Below are positions 34,354-46,379 of a stretch of 64,000 bases of DNA, piece by piece. The notes under the pieces were generated by a model. The model did not search any database and was not told where the DNA came from. It saw only the letters and a program-made list of their open reading frames with translations. Made by a program: the position numbers and the translations under genes. Location: assembly GCA_010093995.1 (NCBI GenBank), contig ML992511.1, positions 1,020,172-1,084,171 of the forward strand, given 5' to 3'. Position 1 is the stretch's first letter. Every line of letters starts with the position of its first letter. The stretch is from Elsinoe ampelina (Eukaryota).

Positions 34354-36459
34354 ATGGGTCTGGAAGATTTTGAGCGCGAGCTGGCTGCTGAGAAAGAAAG
34401 TCGACCAAAGTCTGGCAGTAGCAAGCCCAGAGACGACGAGCGGCGGCACAAGCATCGGCACCACCACAAGTCACGACATGATGATCAAGGCAGCCATAGA
34501 CGAAAGCGCTCGAGGGACAGGAGCCACCGCGATCGTGAGCGGGACGATAAGCATCGATCTAAAAGACTGAAAAGCGCATCACCTCAGCCAACCCGGAATG
34601 CTGGCGACGAGGAGGAAGACGAATGGGTGGAGAAAGAAGCCATGGCAGCCCCACCTACTGAGGATATCCTGGATGGACGTGGTGATGATAGCAGTGAGCC
34701 ACAGCAAAGAGACTCGTGGATGCAAGCTCCCTCGACTCTGGACGTGGACTACCTTCAGCGATCTGGAAGGCACAAATCGCCGCCCTCCCAGTTCGTCACA
34801 GCCAAGGAAAGTCATGGAAAGAAGATTCATGCACATGAGATGGAGCAGCTCATGAGAGACTTGGAGGACGACGAGGAAGAGGACCCCAACTTCAAAGATG
34901 AGCCGGCGCAACATGAGGTCTTGTACACCTTTGGTGATTCTGGCTCTCAATGGCGCATGACCAAATTGAAAGCGGTATATCGGCAAGCCAAAGATGAAGG
35001 ACGGCCGGTAGACGAAGTTGCACTGGACCGTTATGGGGATTTGCGGGACTTTGATGACGCCCGGGAAGAGGAACGCGAGTTGAGCAGACGGGATACATAT
35101 GGAAAGGACTATGTCGGTCTCGAGAAGCCTAGTGGAGAATTCTTCCAGGAACGCAAGCTCGCCGCTGGGATCCGCGAGCAACATGACAAGGCGCCACAGA
35201 ACGATCGAGCTCTGCCAGAGCAGGGTAAAGAGCTGTCGACGGAGCCGCAGCCGCCACCTGGTAGTAAAATTCAACTAGATCAGACAGCGCTCAACAAGCT
35301 CAAGGCGAAGATGATGAAAGCAAAGCTGCGTAAAGATCCTTCTGCCGCAGACCTTGAAGCAGAATACAACGCCGCCGTAGCTGCCTCAGCCAACGGCGCT
35401 CAATCGGACACCGTCGTTCTGTCCAACATGGACAATCGCCTTCTCGCTGGCGGACGAGGCACCGAAGTCTCAGCCGTCACCAACAAACGCGGTCTGGAAC
35501 GAGGCACCGTCACTGAAAACTCCGAAATGTCCATCGCCGACATGGTTCGCCACGAACGACGAACCCGCAACACCTCATACGCCAACGAAGGTCTCCTCCT
35601 CGCCAATCGCATCGCCAAGGACACCAAATTCACCAACGACCTCGAGTACATGAACGACAACGCCGAAAAGCTCGCCACGCGGGACATCAAATCCGACACA
35701 GCCCTCCGCTCGACCGCCGTCTCAAACTACCAGCACACGCAACGCATCCTCGACACCTGCCCACTCTGCCACCACGAAGACCGCAACGAACCCCCCACCG
35801 CCCCGCTCATCTCCCTCGGCACAAGGACCTACCTCACCCTCGCCACCGAACCCGAACTCGTGCGCCACGGCACCGTCATCGTCCCCGTGCAACACCGCTC
35901 CAACCTCCTCGAATGCGACGACGACGAGTGGGAAGAAATCCGCAACTTCCAAAAGTCCCTGACGCGTTTGTACGCCAGCCAAGACCGCGGCGTCATCTTC
36001 TACGAAAACGCCGCCTCCTCGCGGGACGGACGGCGCCACGCCGCGCTCAACGCCGTGCCCTTGCCGCACCACCTCGTCGACGCCGCGCCGGGGTTTTTCA
36101 AAGAGGCTATCCTCGCGAGCGACGAGGAGTGGTCCCAGCACCGGAAAATCGTGGACACGGCGCAGGGGGCGAGGGAGCGGTACGGCAAGGCGGCGTTCAG
36201 GAAGATGATGGTCAAGGAGATGCCGTATTTCCATGTCTGGTTCGGGATGGATGGTGGGGCGGGACATGTGGTTGAGGACGAGAGGCGGTGGCCCAAGGGG
36301 GATTTGTTCGCGAGGGAGGTCCTGGGGGGGATGTTGGATCGGGGGGTGGAGACGGTGAAGAGGCAGGGGAGGTGGGTGAGGAGGGATCATAGGGTGGAGG
36401 GGTTTAGGAAGAAGTGGGATGCTTATGATTGGACCAAGGTTTTGTTGAACGGGCAGTAG
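34354..36459 (+). CDS. cwf19: Spliceosome-associated Cwf19 (CwfJ C-terminal domains; CWF19L2-like)
   Basis: GSQWRMTKLK, CPLC, FKEAILASDEEWSQH and MPYFHVWF motifs; 701-aa ORF. Confidence 0.92.
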   Translation: MGLEDFERELAAEKESRPKSGSSKPRDDERRHKHRHHHKSRHDDQGSHRRKRSRDRSHRDRERDDKHRSKRLKSASPQPTRNAGDEEEDEWVEKEAMAAPPTEDILDGRGDDSSEPQQRDSWMQAPSTLDVDYLQRSGRHKSPPSQFVTAKESHGKKIHAHEMEQLMRDLEDDEEEDPNFKDEPAQHEVLYTFGDSGSQWRMTKLKAVYRQAKDEGRPVDEVALDRYGDLRDFDDAREEERELSRRDTYGKDYVGLEKPSGEFFQERKLAAGIREQHDKAPQNDRALPEQGKELSTEPQPPPGSKIQLDQTALNKLKAKMMKAKLRKDPSAADLEAEYNAAVAASANGAQSDTVVLSNMDNRLLAGGRGTEVSAVTNKRGLERGTVTENSEMSIADMVRHERRTRNTSYANEGLLLANRIAKDTKFTNDLEYMNDNAEKLATRDIKSDTALRSTAVSNYQHTQRILDTCPLCHHEDRNEPPTAPLISLGTRTYLTLATEPELVRHGTVIVPVQHRSNLLECDDDEWEEIRNFQKSLTRLYASQDRGVIFYENAASSRDGRRHAALNAVPLPHHLVDAAPGFFKEAILASDEEWSQHRKIVDTAQGARERYGKAAFRKMMVKEMPYFHVWFGMDGGAGHVVEDERRWPKGDLFAREVLGGMLDRGVETVKRQGRWVRRDHRVEGFRKKWDAYDWTKVLLNGQ

Positions 36460-36586
36460 AGGGAAAGGGGAATGTGAGGATGTCATGATTGAGGGTGTCT
36501 ATGGTCAAGTTGAAGCCTTGCTATGCGGTATCGCTTTTGCCCCTTCCCTGCCTGAAAACGCCGTGGTGCTTGTGAATGTGTTCTGC

Positions 36587-37745
36587 TCAGACCTCTGCTT
36601 CGCCAGGTAGCAGGTTTGAGCGGACGGCGAACATCTTTGAGGATACGGCGGCTGTGAAACCGTCTACTTGTCGCGAGTACTGCTCTACTTGTCTGCTGTT
36701 GAGGAGCGTCTCGAGTCTGCTGGGTTCTTGTGGGAGCTTGAAAAGTCTCTGCCATTCGTCTTCTGGGAGGGGTGGTTGTTTTGTGATGACGCGCTGTGCG
36801 TTTTCGGCTTTTCGCTTCGATTGCCAGGCAGTGATTTTGGCTTGCTCTCGTGCAAGTGAACGTTGGTAGAATTGGTAGTTGTTGAGTTCAGTGTGATGGT
36901 TCTCGATGCTGTCGAGGAGGAGGTCGCAGGTCTTCTCGAGGAAGGGGTCTATTGAGAGATCGAGAGAGTCGAAGTTGGGGATGAGTGGGTTCGAGTTGAG
37001 GTTAGGATCTTGGTCGAGAGATGCGAGGCTGGGAGGGAAGCCGAGCTCCTTGTCGACTGGAGCAGCGGGGAGTTGGTGCAGGAAGGATGTGAGGATGTGT
37101 GAGTTGTGGATGCTGACGGGTAGCTCGGTCAAGATGTCTGTGGGTCGGAGGTTGCTCTTTTGAAGGCTGTAAGATGTGATCAGTATAGGAAGCATTTCAA
37201 CATTGCCATACATTGGCCTACCTCTCAGTCGTGAATTTGCCCTCCTTGTATGAGGCCATAAAGGAAGGTGATAGTCGATATGCCCTGATGCTGAGCGATC
37301 CCTGCGAGCTCCTGCTGACGTCGTGTACCAGCATGACTGTCCGCTCATTCATCTCTTTCTGGTAGAAGAACTGGTTTTCGATCGTGTTGAGGTTGATAAA
37401 GTTGCCCATGCTCGTGCTCATGTACCATCCCACACTTTGTGCGTCTACGTTGACCTCCTTCAAACATCTCAGCATCTCGTTTGAGTATGCGACATTCGCC
37501 TTTGCGCGGGGCGCAGCAGCTGCCAGATTCGATCCATCGTGAGAGTCTGAATTCGTGTCGCCGACCACCGGGAAGTTGAAAGAGTTTGTGATTTGCAGTG
37601 TGCCCTCTACATCCATTCCGGTGAGAGCGCCAGTCGCAACACTTGGAAAGACCTGACTGCCATGCTTGATGATGCGCATGACCACCAGAGCTTCGACCTG
37701 AACGGTGCGGAGAGGCACATCCTTATTGATGGGGGCGTCAGCCAT
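36587..37745 (-). CDS. eIF3h: Translation initiation factor eIF3 subunit h (MPN domain)
   Basis: [43 protein letters not shown]. Intron 37221-37167. Confidence 0.93.
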
Positions 37746-38073
37746 ATTGTGTGGTGATTTGGAGCGATTTCTCTGAGCCTGTCGCGTCTGTGTAGATTTC
37801 TTCGAAGATTGAAGTCGCGGAGTGGAAAAGTTTAACCGAAGACAGGCCGGCGGAACGGCAACAAGCGCGACCGCGGGGGAGCCCAGCCCTCGGATCTTGA
37901 AGGCGACCTGAATGAGGGGGTTCACTAAACCATCAACGGTCCTCCATGATCCATTGTTCGGATGCGGTTTGTATACTCTGACATCTCTTCGTCTATCCTC
38001 TATCTTAATTGTAGCATCATTGACTTTGTAGCACACTCTGATCTGGCATAAAATTACCACACTCCTCTCAGCC

Positions 38074-39590
38074 ATGACATCTAGGCCGGTACCATTCTCT
38101 GAGCCTCCTTGGCTGTGCGGTATACCAAGTCCATACTACACACAATCGCATCGAACCTTCCAGAAGAAGTGTCGGGCGTTTGTGGAGGAGAATCTACTGA
38201 AGCATGCCATGGATTGGGAGCGAGAAGAGACAGTGCCCGAGCATGTCTTCGAGGTCTTTTCAAAAGCGCACATGCTCATTCCATCTCTACCAGCACCTCT
38301 ACCTGTCGAACGTCTGAAGAGTCTCGGTATTCACGACATCCTTGGTGTCAAGGTGGAGGAATGGGATGCCTTCCATGGGTTGATCGCCGGCGACGAAATG
38401 CTCCGCTCCGGCCTTGCTGGACCGCCTGGGTCTCTTACGACCGGTATAGCATTTGGTGTCCCGCCCATACTCAAGTTTGGAAGCAAAGAACTTCAGGATA
38501 AATTCCTACCAGATTTGCTTACTGGTAGGAAAAGGGCATGTATCGCCATTACTGAGCCTGACGCCGGATCCGACGTCGCAAACATACAGACGACAGCCAC
38601 CAAGTCAGCCGATGGCAAGCACTACATTGTTAGTGGCACCAAGAAGTGGATCACGAATGGAATCTGGAGCGATGTGGCCGCAATGGCGGTTCGTACTGGC
38701 GGTCCAGGCGCTGGCGGATTGAGCATGCTGGTAGTACCACTCAAGGGCTATCCTGGAGTTAGCATGAGACGTCTAAAAGTTGCTGGCCAAATCTCGGCTG
38801 GAACCACCTACATCGAGCTTGACGAGGTCAAGGTTCCTTTGGAGAACATCATCGGCAAGGAAGGAGAGGGTATGCGGTATATCATGACCAAGTAAGTAGA
38901 CGTTGTCCGCCTGGTAGTATATGCTTTGATACTACCAGGTTTGTCACCACTGGCACGATTCAGTTTTGATCAGCACTGACTGCGGTAGCTTCAACCATGA
39001 ACGCTTGACAATTGCGATAGGTGCTACCAGACAAGCACGTGTGGCGTTGAGTGCAGCCTTCGCCTACTGTCTCAAGAGGGAGGCATTTGGCAAGACACTG
39101 ATGGAGCAGCCTGTGGTGCGCCACCGGTTGGCAAAGTGCGGCGCGCAGCTCGAAGCACAATGGGCATGGGTTGAGCAGTTCGTCTATGCCATGACGAAGA
39201 TGTCGAAGGAAGAGGCGGATATCGAGCTTGGTGGCTTGACAGCTGCGGCAAAAGCACAAGCTGCGATGGTGCTCAACGAGTGCAGTCAATGTGCTGTTCT
39301 CCTCTTTGGTGGCAACGGATACACGAGGTCGGGGCAGGGAGAGATTGCTGAACGTTCGTACCTTGGTTGAATGCTGCCGAAGTCTTGCTGATATTGTTTT
39401 AGGGATATACAGGGAAGTGCCCGGAAATCGAATTCCGTAAGTTTTCCTCCAAGGAGCTTTCATATCAGCACTGACAAATCACAGTGGAGGTAGCGAAGAC
39501 GTCATGCTTGACTTGATGATCCGGCAGCTGGTCAAAGTGTATCAACGGGGAGCAGGGGTGGAAAGACCAAAAGGATCGTCCAAGTTATAA
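38074..39590 (+). CDS. Acyl-CoA dehydrogenase, predicted peroxisomal (PTS1 -SKL), 4 exons
   Basis: [40 protein letters not shown]. The spliced C-terminus ends GSSKL*. Confidence 0.92.
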
Positions 39591-40452
39591 TCGACCTATC
39601 TTGTCGATACATTGAGCAAGAATACATCCATCACTTTGCCAACAAGTTTTGTATACTCTGCATGTATCTTGGTGATGAGGTGTTGTCTGTACAACCACGT
39701 GCATGGCGACATGTGTTTTGCATGTGGGGTAGATCTTAATGGCGCAGGGGTCCACTTCTCGTCCCTGCGGGGACCAACAAAAATGCGAGCTCGGCTTTTC
39801 CGGAATCGATTCTGCCGGGCCACCTTACAGGCTATTTGCTGGGCGACCCAATCAGAATGGGCCGGCCTGGATCCGCCTCTAACCCTCGCCCTCGCCCTCG
39901 CCCTCGACCGTCAACGTTCGCCAACGTTGGGAGGGCAAGGAAGCAAGTTTGCCGCAACCGTCCCTCCCACCTTGAGTCGATTAAGCCTGCAGCGCTCGGA
40001 AGAATATAGGGCGCGTCCCAAATATACATCGCGTCTTCAATTGGGAAGCAATTCAACTCTCCAAGACCAATCTACCGACCCAAGACCGAAGATAGAGATC
40101 TACGAGCGGTGAAACACGAGCCCCCTCAGCCTGGCCTCTGCCTTGAGACAAGACCGCATTTCGTCGCATTCGAGATTCGCCTGGGATGGCCTACCGCGTA
40201 TTCTTCTGCTCGACAGGGCTGATCAATTTTCAATAACCTTCTGGCGAGGCAGGAGCCTTCTACCGCCATTCCACCAGGATTGCCAGAAGACTTGGACTCC
40301 CAGATTACGTCGACACTACCATAGAACGACTCTGAAGAGACGGGTTCCACACTCGTGTTGCCTCCGACCGCGTTTTTGAGGAATAAGAGAAGATTCCCTG
40401 ACCATCCGAGCATATTTAGCGTCAGATCCGGAGCCTGTGCCGCATCGTTCGC

Positions 40453-41622
40453 ATGGCATTGCATCGTGGTATCCAGTCGGCCGTCTTCTACTACCTCAGT
40501 TGTGCTCCATGCACAGAGGCCAGGACGAGACGGAAGAGGAGGCAAGAGGCGGATATACTACGTCAAGAGAAGGACGCACTTGCTGCACAGGACCAAGCCA
40601 ATGGACTCAGTCAATATGTACATCCTCTCCCTTCGACTACGAACCCGGCATGGGATCTTGAGATCACAATTGGACCAAGTAAGGAGAGCAAGGCTGCTGC
40701 GCGGCAATGTAAGTCACGGCAGAAGGAGGCACCACCTCGGTCGAGCGGTAGTACCAGCAAATCTGATCGAAAGGACTTGAAAGGACGAAGTACACCAGAT
40801 CTGTCAGTCGACGAGCGAGTACAATGGGCAGAGTCTTTTCAGCGCAACTACCGACTGAAACGTCCTACAAAAGCAAGCACCTTCCCGCAAGATCGGCCTC
40901 GCTCGAATCTCTCACCTTTGTCAGAATCGCGGGATGAACTGAACGAGAAGCCCGCGACCCCAACATCACCCCAGCATAGCTCTTCACATACTGCCTCGAC
41001 ATCTGCTTCAGCGTCGGTCAACCTGCAGCGTCCTGCACCAACGAGACTCGCAACGACATCTCTATCCAGTCCGGCTTGGCCCTACCAACCACATCCACCT
41101 ATCAATGACTTCCATCCCGCCACCGTCACCAAGTACGACTCCGCTGTGGACGTCGCTTGGATGCTCGCACCGCCACCCTCGGCAAAGGTGATGCGCGGTC
41201 ACAAGCCCGAACGTCCCCACCACTTATCGCCTCGCAAACCTACACCTGCCATGGCTCGTCAATCCCGTCCTCTGGAGCGATTGCCCTCGATCGAAGCAGA
41301 AGTCATTCGTAGCGCCGATATTTCCCCGTCCGACATGCGTGGCCTAGGCATCGGCTTCGAAAGCGAAGCTACGGAAGAAGTCGAAAGCATCACCGGCATC
41401 GATGAGCGAGCGATGGAGAAGCGCGACTCTGCAGGCCCCCAACCAGGCCGGGATGAAGGTGGAAAGTTCCTCTTCCCACCGAGAGAGTGGGGCCTGGGAT
41501 TCGGTGAAGACAGGAGAGATTCGGGTAGCGAAGAAGGCTGGCCCGACCACACTAGCGGGATGGGAGAGAAGGGGATAGAAGCGGTCGGGTATGAGAGGAG
41601 GTGGAGGTGGTCGATCTCATAA
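40453..41622 (+). CDS. Hypothetical protein (389 aa)
   Basis: Long ATG ORF with ordered blocks (FYYLSCAPC, HPLPSTTNPAW, PPINDFHPA, WMLAPPPSAKVM) within low-complexity sequence. Confidence 0.75.
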   Translation: MALHRGIQSAVFYYLSCAPCTEARTRRKRRQEADILRQEKDALAAQDQANGLSQYVHPLPSTTNPAWDLEITIGPSKESKAAARQCKSRQKEAPPRSSGSTSKSDRKDLKGRSTPDLSVDERVQWAESFQRNYRLKRPTKASTFPQDRPRSNLSPLSESRDELNEKPATPTSPQHSSSHTASTSASASVNLQRPAPTRLATTSLSSPAWPYQPHPPINDFHPATVTKYDSAVDVAWMLAPPPSAKVMRGHKPERPHHLSPRKPTPAMARQSRPLERLPSIEAEVIRSADISPSDMRGLGIGFESEATEEVESITGIDERAMEKRDSAGPQPGRDEGGKFLFPPREWGLGFGEDRRDSGSEEGWPDHTSGMGEKGIEAVGYERRWRWSIS

Positions 41623-41948
41623 GCCAATGGGCACTGTACAAACTACTATTTATGAGGAAGAGGAGGAACCTAAAAGGACTTTGCATCGCATCAGTTTCAG
41701 TCGTTTAGCAAGCGTTCGTTATCACCTTGTTGCCTTTTTGGATGGCGTCACGAATCACGTCTGGACACGAGTTACTGTACGCAGCAGATTTCTAACAGTT
41801 GTCTTGACTACCTCTACCATACCTGCTTTCTTCGCCGGTCGAAATGGCAAACATCAATCCATCTACATCTCCTGCAGACCCCCCTCCATATCCCGTTCCC
41901 AAGTCCACCCCGCCCCCTTTCACTCTCCTGCCCTCTCCACTCCTCCCC

Positions 41949-44213
41949 CTACTCCCTCCCAGCCAACTCCACCACCCTCCCCGCCGCCTCCTCAAACCCA
42001 TCAAAAGCCTCCAACTCCAACCCGGACTCCTGAATCTTCCTCTGCCCCACCTCCTCATTCGTCCCCCTCAACCTCACCACAACCGGCACACCCCTCATAT
42101 CTACCTCCTTGAACGCCAGTATAATCCCGTCGGCAATCATCCCACAATCCGTCAGCCCGCCGAAGATATTGACGAATATAACCCGGACTCTCCCGTCGGA
42201 TAAGATCAGCTCGAAACTCTTCTTCACCGTCGCGCTGGTCGCCTTGCCCCCGGTGTCGAGGAAGTTGGCGCACGAACCGTTATACGGAGGCAGGGAGAGG
42301 ACGTCCACCGTGTTCATCGCAAGTCCGGCGCCGTTGACCAGCGTCCCGATGTTGGCAGAGGGGGAGTCGGGGGACAGCGTGATGTAGACTATGCCGTGGT
42401 CTTCCGCGGCGACGGAACGGGCGTCTTCTCGCGTCTTGTCGCGGAGGGCGAAGAGGTCGGGTTGGCGGGAGGCGGATTTGAAGGCCGCGTCGTCGAGGTG
42501 GATTTTCGGGACGGAGAGGAGGGGTTTGGAGTCCGTGACGGTCAGCAGGGCGGTGACCGAGATGGCTTCGTGGCGTTTTTGGAAGGAGGCGAAGGCTGTG
42601 TAGATATTGGGGAGGAAGGGGAGGCAGGTGGTGTGCGGGGTGGGAGAGGTGGTGGATGCGCGTCCGCGGTCGTTGTACGTTTGGATCTGCGCCTCGATGT
42701 GGGCGAAGTGGTGTTTGGTTATGCCGAAGGAGAGGTCGAAGGAGACCCCGCGGTTGGCGTTGTGGATCATGGCGTTGGGGCGGTAGATGGTACGTGGTCG
42801 GCCTTGGAGGCGGTTGATAGAGACGCCGACTTCGACGGCCTTGGATGACTTTGGTAATTTGGTGTCGAATGGAATGGATGGTAAGAGAGGCTGGAGCAGA
42901 TCGCACGCTTGTGCTCCCTTGATGTGCAAATGTCGTCGCTGGGATGTTATGGGCTGGGTTCTGTTCCAAGCAGGTCGCGTGCTTGTGTGATATCCCCTAC
43001 GCTGACCCGGGAGGGTAGATGCAGATGAAGTCGGAGTGTTGGACGAATTCTGACGTAAATGTCAGACTGGTTCTGGAGGAATGGCAATGTACTTACTTGC
43101 GGCATAGATCTTCGAGCGTGGAGTATGGCTTTTAGGGTAGGACCAAACTGCTCGGGATGATCGCACATTATTACGCCAGCTCCTTCGAGAGCTTCGTACT
43201 TCATCTGGGCAGTGCCTTCAGTCGGTCCTTGAAAGGCTCCAGCATGACCATTGATGCGGTTGCCTGGAGCGGTGCGGCCAGCGACCAAAGCTACAATGGG
43301 TCTGTCAACGTCAGCAAAGAGCATAGACTGCTGTGAATACATCGCTCACTTTGGGTTCTTCGTATTAAGCCGATAGTTCTTGATCTCCTTCGCGACAGCT
43401 TCCTCGGCATTGCCACCTACCTCGCCCACGATGACAATGGCATGAGTATCCGGATCGTGTACCAAGACCTTGAAGCCATCCACTAGGGTCGTTCCAGACG
43501 CAACGTCTCCGCCTGTGCCTATGCATATACTTTGGCCGAGTCCAGCGCGAGTAAGCGATCCGACTGCCTCGTAACTGAGGGTACCAGACTTTGCCACAAC
43601 GCCGACATGTCCTGGCTTATAGATTGGTAAAGGTTGAAATCCAATTCTGCAGTACCCTAGAGGGGCTATTATACCAGGGGAATTAGCTCCTACAAAGCGG
43701 CTCTTGTTGGTGGTTCTCAGGATCTCTCCGATCTGTTGTCATATCAGTGAAGTGTACGACATCTCGCGAGCAGGCAAAGCCTACCCTCAGAATATCATGA
43801 ACAGGAATATGTTCGGCCACAGCTACAATCAGAGGGATTTCCGCTTCAATAGCCTCCTCAATCGCCATTGCCGCCCCTGTCATGGGCACAAAGATGGCGG
43901 TGGCATCTGGTTTCAGTTGCTCTTTTGCCGCTCGTACTGAAGGGCATACTGGTAGACCCAAATGCTCGCCATCTTTGCCTGGGGTGACGCCTCCGACAAC
44001 CTGCGTGCCCCATTCAAGAGATTCTTGTGCATTGCTTGTCGCCACTCTGCCAGTGAATCCCTGGTAAATGACTCGAGTGTGTCGACCTATACGAAGGTGT
44101 TGCAGTGTCTTTTCTTGTAATTTGGCTGGATCCTGGTGTACAGAGCGGGTACTGGTACTACAAGTCCCCAGTCGTCTTTTGAGGTAAGATCGAGTCACAG
44201 AACTCGTGAACAT
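41949..44213 (-). CDS. Fused succinyl-CoA-ligase-like alpha + beta subunit protein (ADP/GDP-forming acyl-CoA ligase family), 4 exons, mitochondrial
   Basis: Alpha motifs: QGFTG, VGGVTPGK, KSGTLSYEA, GEVGG, GHAGA. Beta motifs: NGAGLAMNT, NFLDTGG, NIFGGL, VRLRGTN. Three GT-AG introns join these in one frame without a stop. Confidence 0.88.
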
Positions 44214-44831
44214 GGTTGGAGATTGTTGGTCGGCGTAGGTCAGCTTCCAGCTCGTCGACTAAGATGGTATTAAGAGTTCCGATGTGCCCATCCACAGAAA
44301 TGTCCAATCCCAGATTCTCAAGTTGTGTAGTTTTGTAGATACCAATGTCTCTTGCACGGGTCAATGATTAAAACCGTTGACTATATCGTTATAGATCACG
44401 ACCGAGGAAAGTTTGCCGAGTTTTGCTCTTGCAATTCCCATCACAAACCAGCACGAACCAAGCCGAAGTCGGACGATCACCAATTGCAGTGATCTGTCAC
44501 CAAAATCAATGGTGGAAGGACATGTCGTTGGCCTTGCAGAGACACCCCCACATGAACCATGACGTTGGGTCCTCCGCCCACAGTGCGGCCAGACTTGCGG
44601 GGGAAGACAATCCACATTTTCCGGCGCGCGACCAATTGAAGATTACTTGCATACCTCGGGACCGGTGTTTGCAAACTCACAATCCTGGAGCACAAGACAT
44701 GTCATCCGGACATCATACCGGCCACAAAGTGAAAGTGGGAGAAGTCCTTTGACGAACCCGCTTCACCTCACGTCGCTCATTCCAACCTGGTCGACCGACC
44801 TGACTTATCACCACAAAGACACTCATCCCCA

Positions 44832-45479
44832 ATGGCAGACCGCCTCACCACCCCGCTCTCCTCCCTCAAACTCTCCACCGCAACCCCCGTCTCCGACTCC
44901 TGGGAAGACGACTCCCCCTCCGACCACGAAACCACATCGCCCCCCTCCCCTTCCCAAGCCAAAACCTACCCACGCGCCCCTCCCCCTACCCCAGCTACGA
45001 CCTCCCCCACCGTCCCAAGCACAGACTGGGGCGCCGCAAGCAGCAAGTACCGCACGATTGACGGGGCATTGGACGAGCGAGAAGAGGACAGCTATATGGC
45101 TTCTCGAGCGGCGAAGCCATCTGGAAGGAAAGACAGTGCGAGGGAGCGGGAGAAGGAGAAGGAGAAAGAGGACGGCGCGAGGAAGTGGCAGGAGTACTCC
45201 TCTTCGTCGGGAGGGGACCCCCGCTCTGGGCCGAGTATGCCCACGAGCAGAGCCGGGGACGGAGCAAGCGACAAAAGGCCGGAGAAGAGCACGGCTGTGG
45301 CGTCGCGGTTGATTGCGGCGGGACTAGGGGTGAAGGCGCCGAGGAGGACCGAGGAGCAGAGGGAGTATGATAAGGCGATGAGGGCGCAGGAGGCGAAGAA
45401 GAGGGAGAGGGAGAGGGAGGAGGAGAGGCGGAGGAAAGAAGAGAGTGAGAGGGCGAAGAGGGCGATTTGGGATGATTGA
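44832..45479 (+). CDS. Hypothetical protein (215 aa) with charged C-terminal coiled coil
   Basis: ATG ORF with DSWED, KRPEKSTAVASRLIAAGLGVKAPRRTEEQREYD and terminal AIWDD. Confidence 0.78.
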   Translation: MADRLTTPLSSLKLSTATPVSDSWEDDSPSDHETTSPPSPSQAKTYPRAPPPTPATTSPTVPSTDWGAASSKYRTIDGALDEREEDSYMASRAAKPSGRKDSAREREKEKEKEDGARKWQEYSSSSGGDPRSGPSMPTSRAGDGASDKRPEKSTAVASRLIAAGLGVKAPRRTEEQREYDKAMRAQEAKKREREREEERRRKEESERAKRAIWDD

Positions 45480-46043
45480 ATTGCTGGTACCGGGGAATAG
45501 GGTGTGGGATGTGGATTAAGGGCAGAGCTTGAGGGTCAGGCGCGAGGAGTCCAGCTCGATACGGTCGACGGACGGGGACCGAGAGAAGGTTGGTCATGGA
45601 AACCAGAGATCAGCCCAAGACCAGTAATGGGTGGGTCATGTGCAGGGTCGAGGCTACAGTGGTTGAGGACAATCCAGCATCTGAGGAATGTGCATCACGG
45701 GGATAATGTGTCATGTAGAAAAGCGTCGAGAGATCACTGCCGCAGAAAGGAAACCCCTTGCAAGTCATGATAATGTGGCAACTTTTGTAATTCATAAACT
45801 CAGCTATCATCTTCCCTCGTCGCATCCATTTGGAAAGACTGCAGATGAATCCTCCAGCGTGTCTCTGGTATAGCCCTGAACCAAAACGCCGTCTAGCATC
45901 GCTGTATTCATAAACAGCCGACGGCAGCAAGTAAGGGAAACGGTGGTGGAAGGGCTCGTGTGAATGATTTCGTGATGTGTGTCGTGTGAAAGATTGGGGA
46001 ATGGATTGCGGGTATGTCTCTGGGCCTGCTTCTTGTGCCTTGC

Positions 46044-46379
46044 TCAGCCACCAATCTGTTCTTGGTGAACCTCGAGGGTATCTCCGTCCTGCATCTCGAG
46101 CTGTTGTGGTTGTCAGTCCTAATTACCTCGCCTCTTTCACCTTGTGTAACTCACAGAGTCGGGGTTGTCCGTTGGGTTCACACGAGTACCCTCAAAGAGG
46201 AATCGCACGCTGCTTGGACTCTTTCCCTGACGCTCGCAGAATGCGTCCATGAGCTTCTTGAGCTGAGTGGTGCGCTTGATCTTGAAAAAGACCTCGTTGT
46301 TGTTATCAGTCACCTTGATGTTGAGGTGCTCGGATTGCTGAGGCTCCTCTGGCTTGGGTGATCCACCGTTGTCGGACAT
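46044..46379 (-). CDS. SMT3: SUMO (Smt3), 93 aa, 2 coding exons
   Basis: EHLNIKVTD..EVFFKIKRTTQLKKLMDAFCERQG, intron 46154-46101, exon 2 LEMQDGDTLEVHQEQIGG*. Confidence 0.97.

Noticed and set aside
39884..39906. (GCCCTC)n hexamer run preceded by TAACCCT
   Set aside because: Short microsatellite, not a telomeric array.
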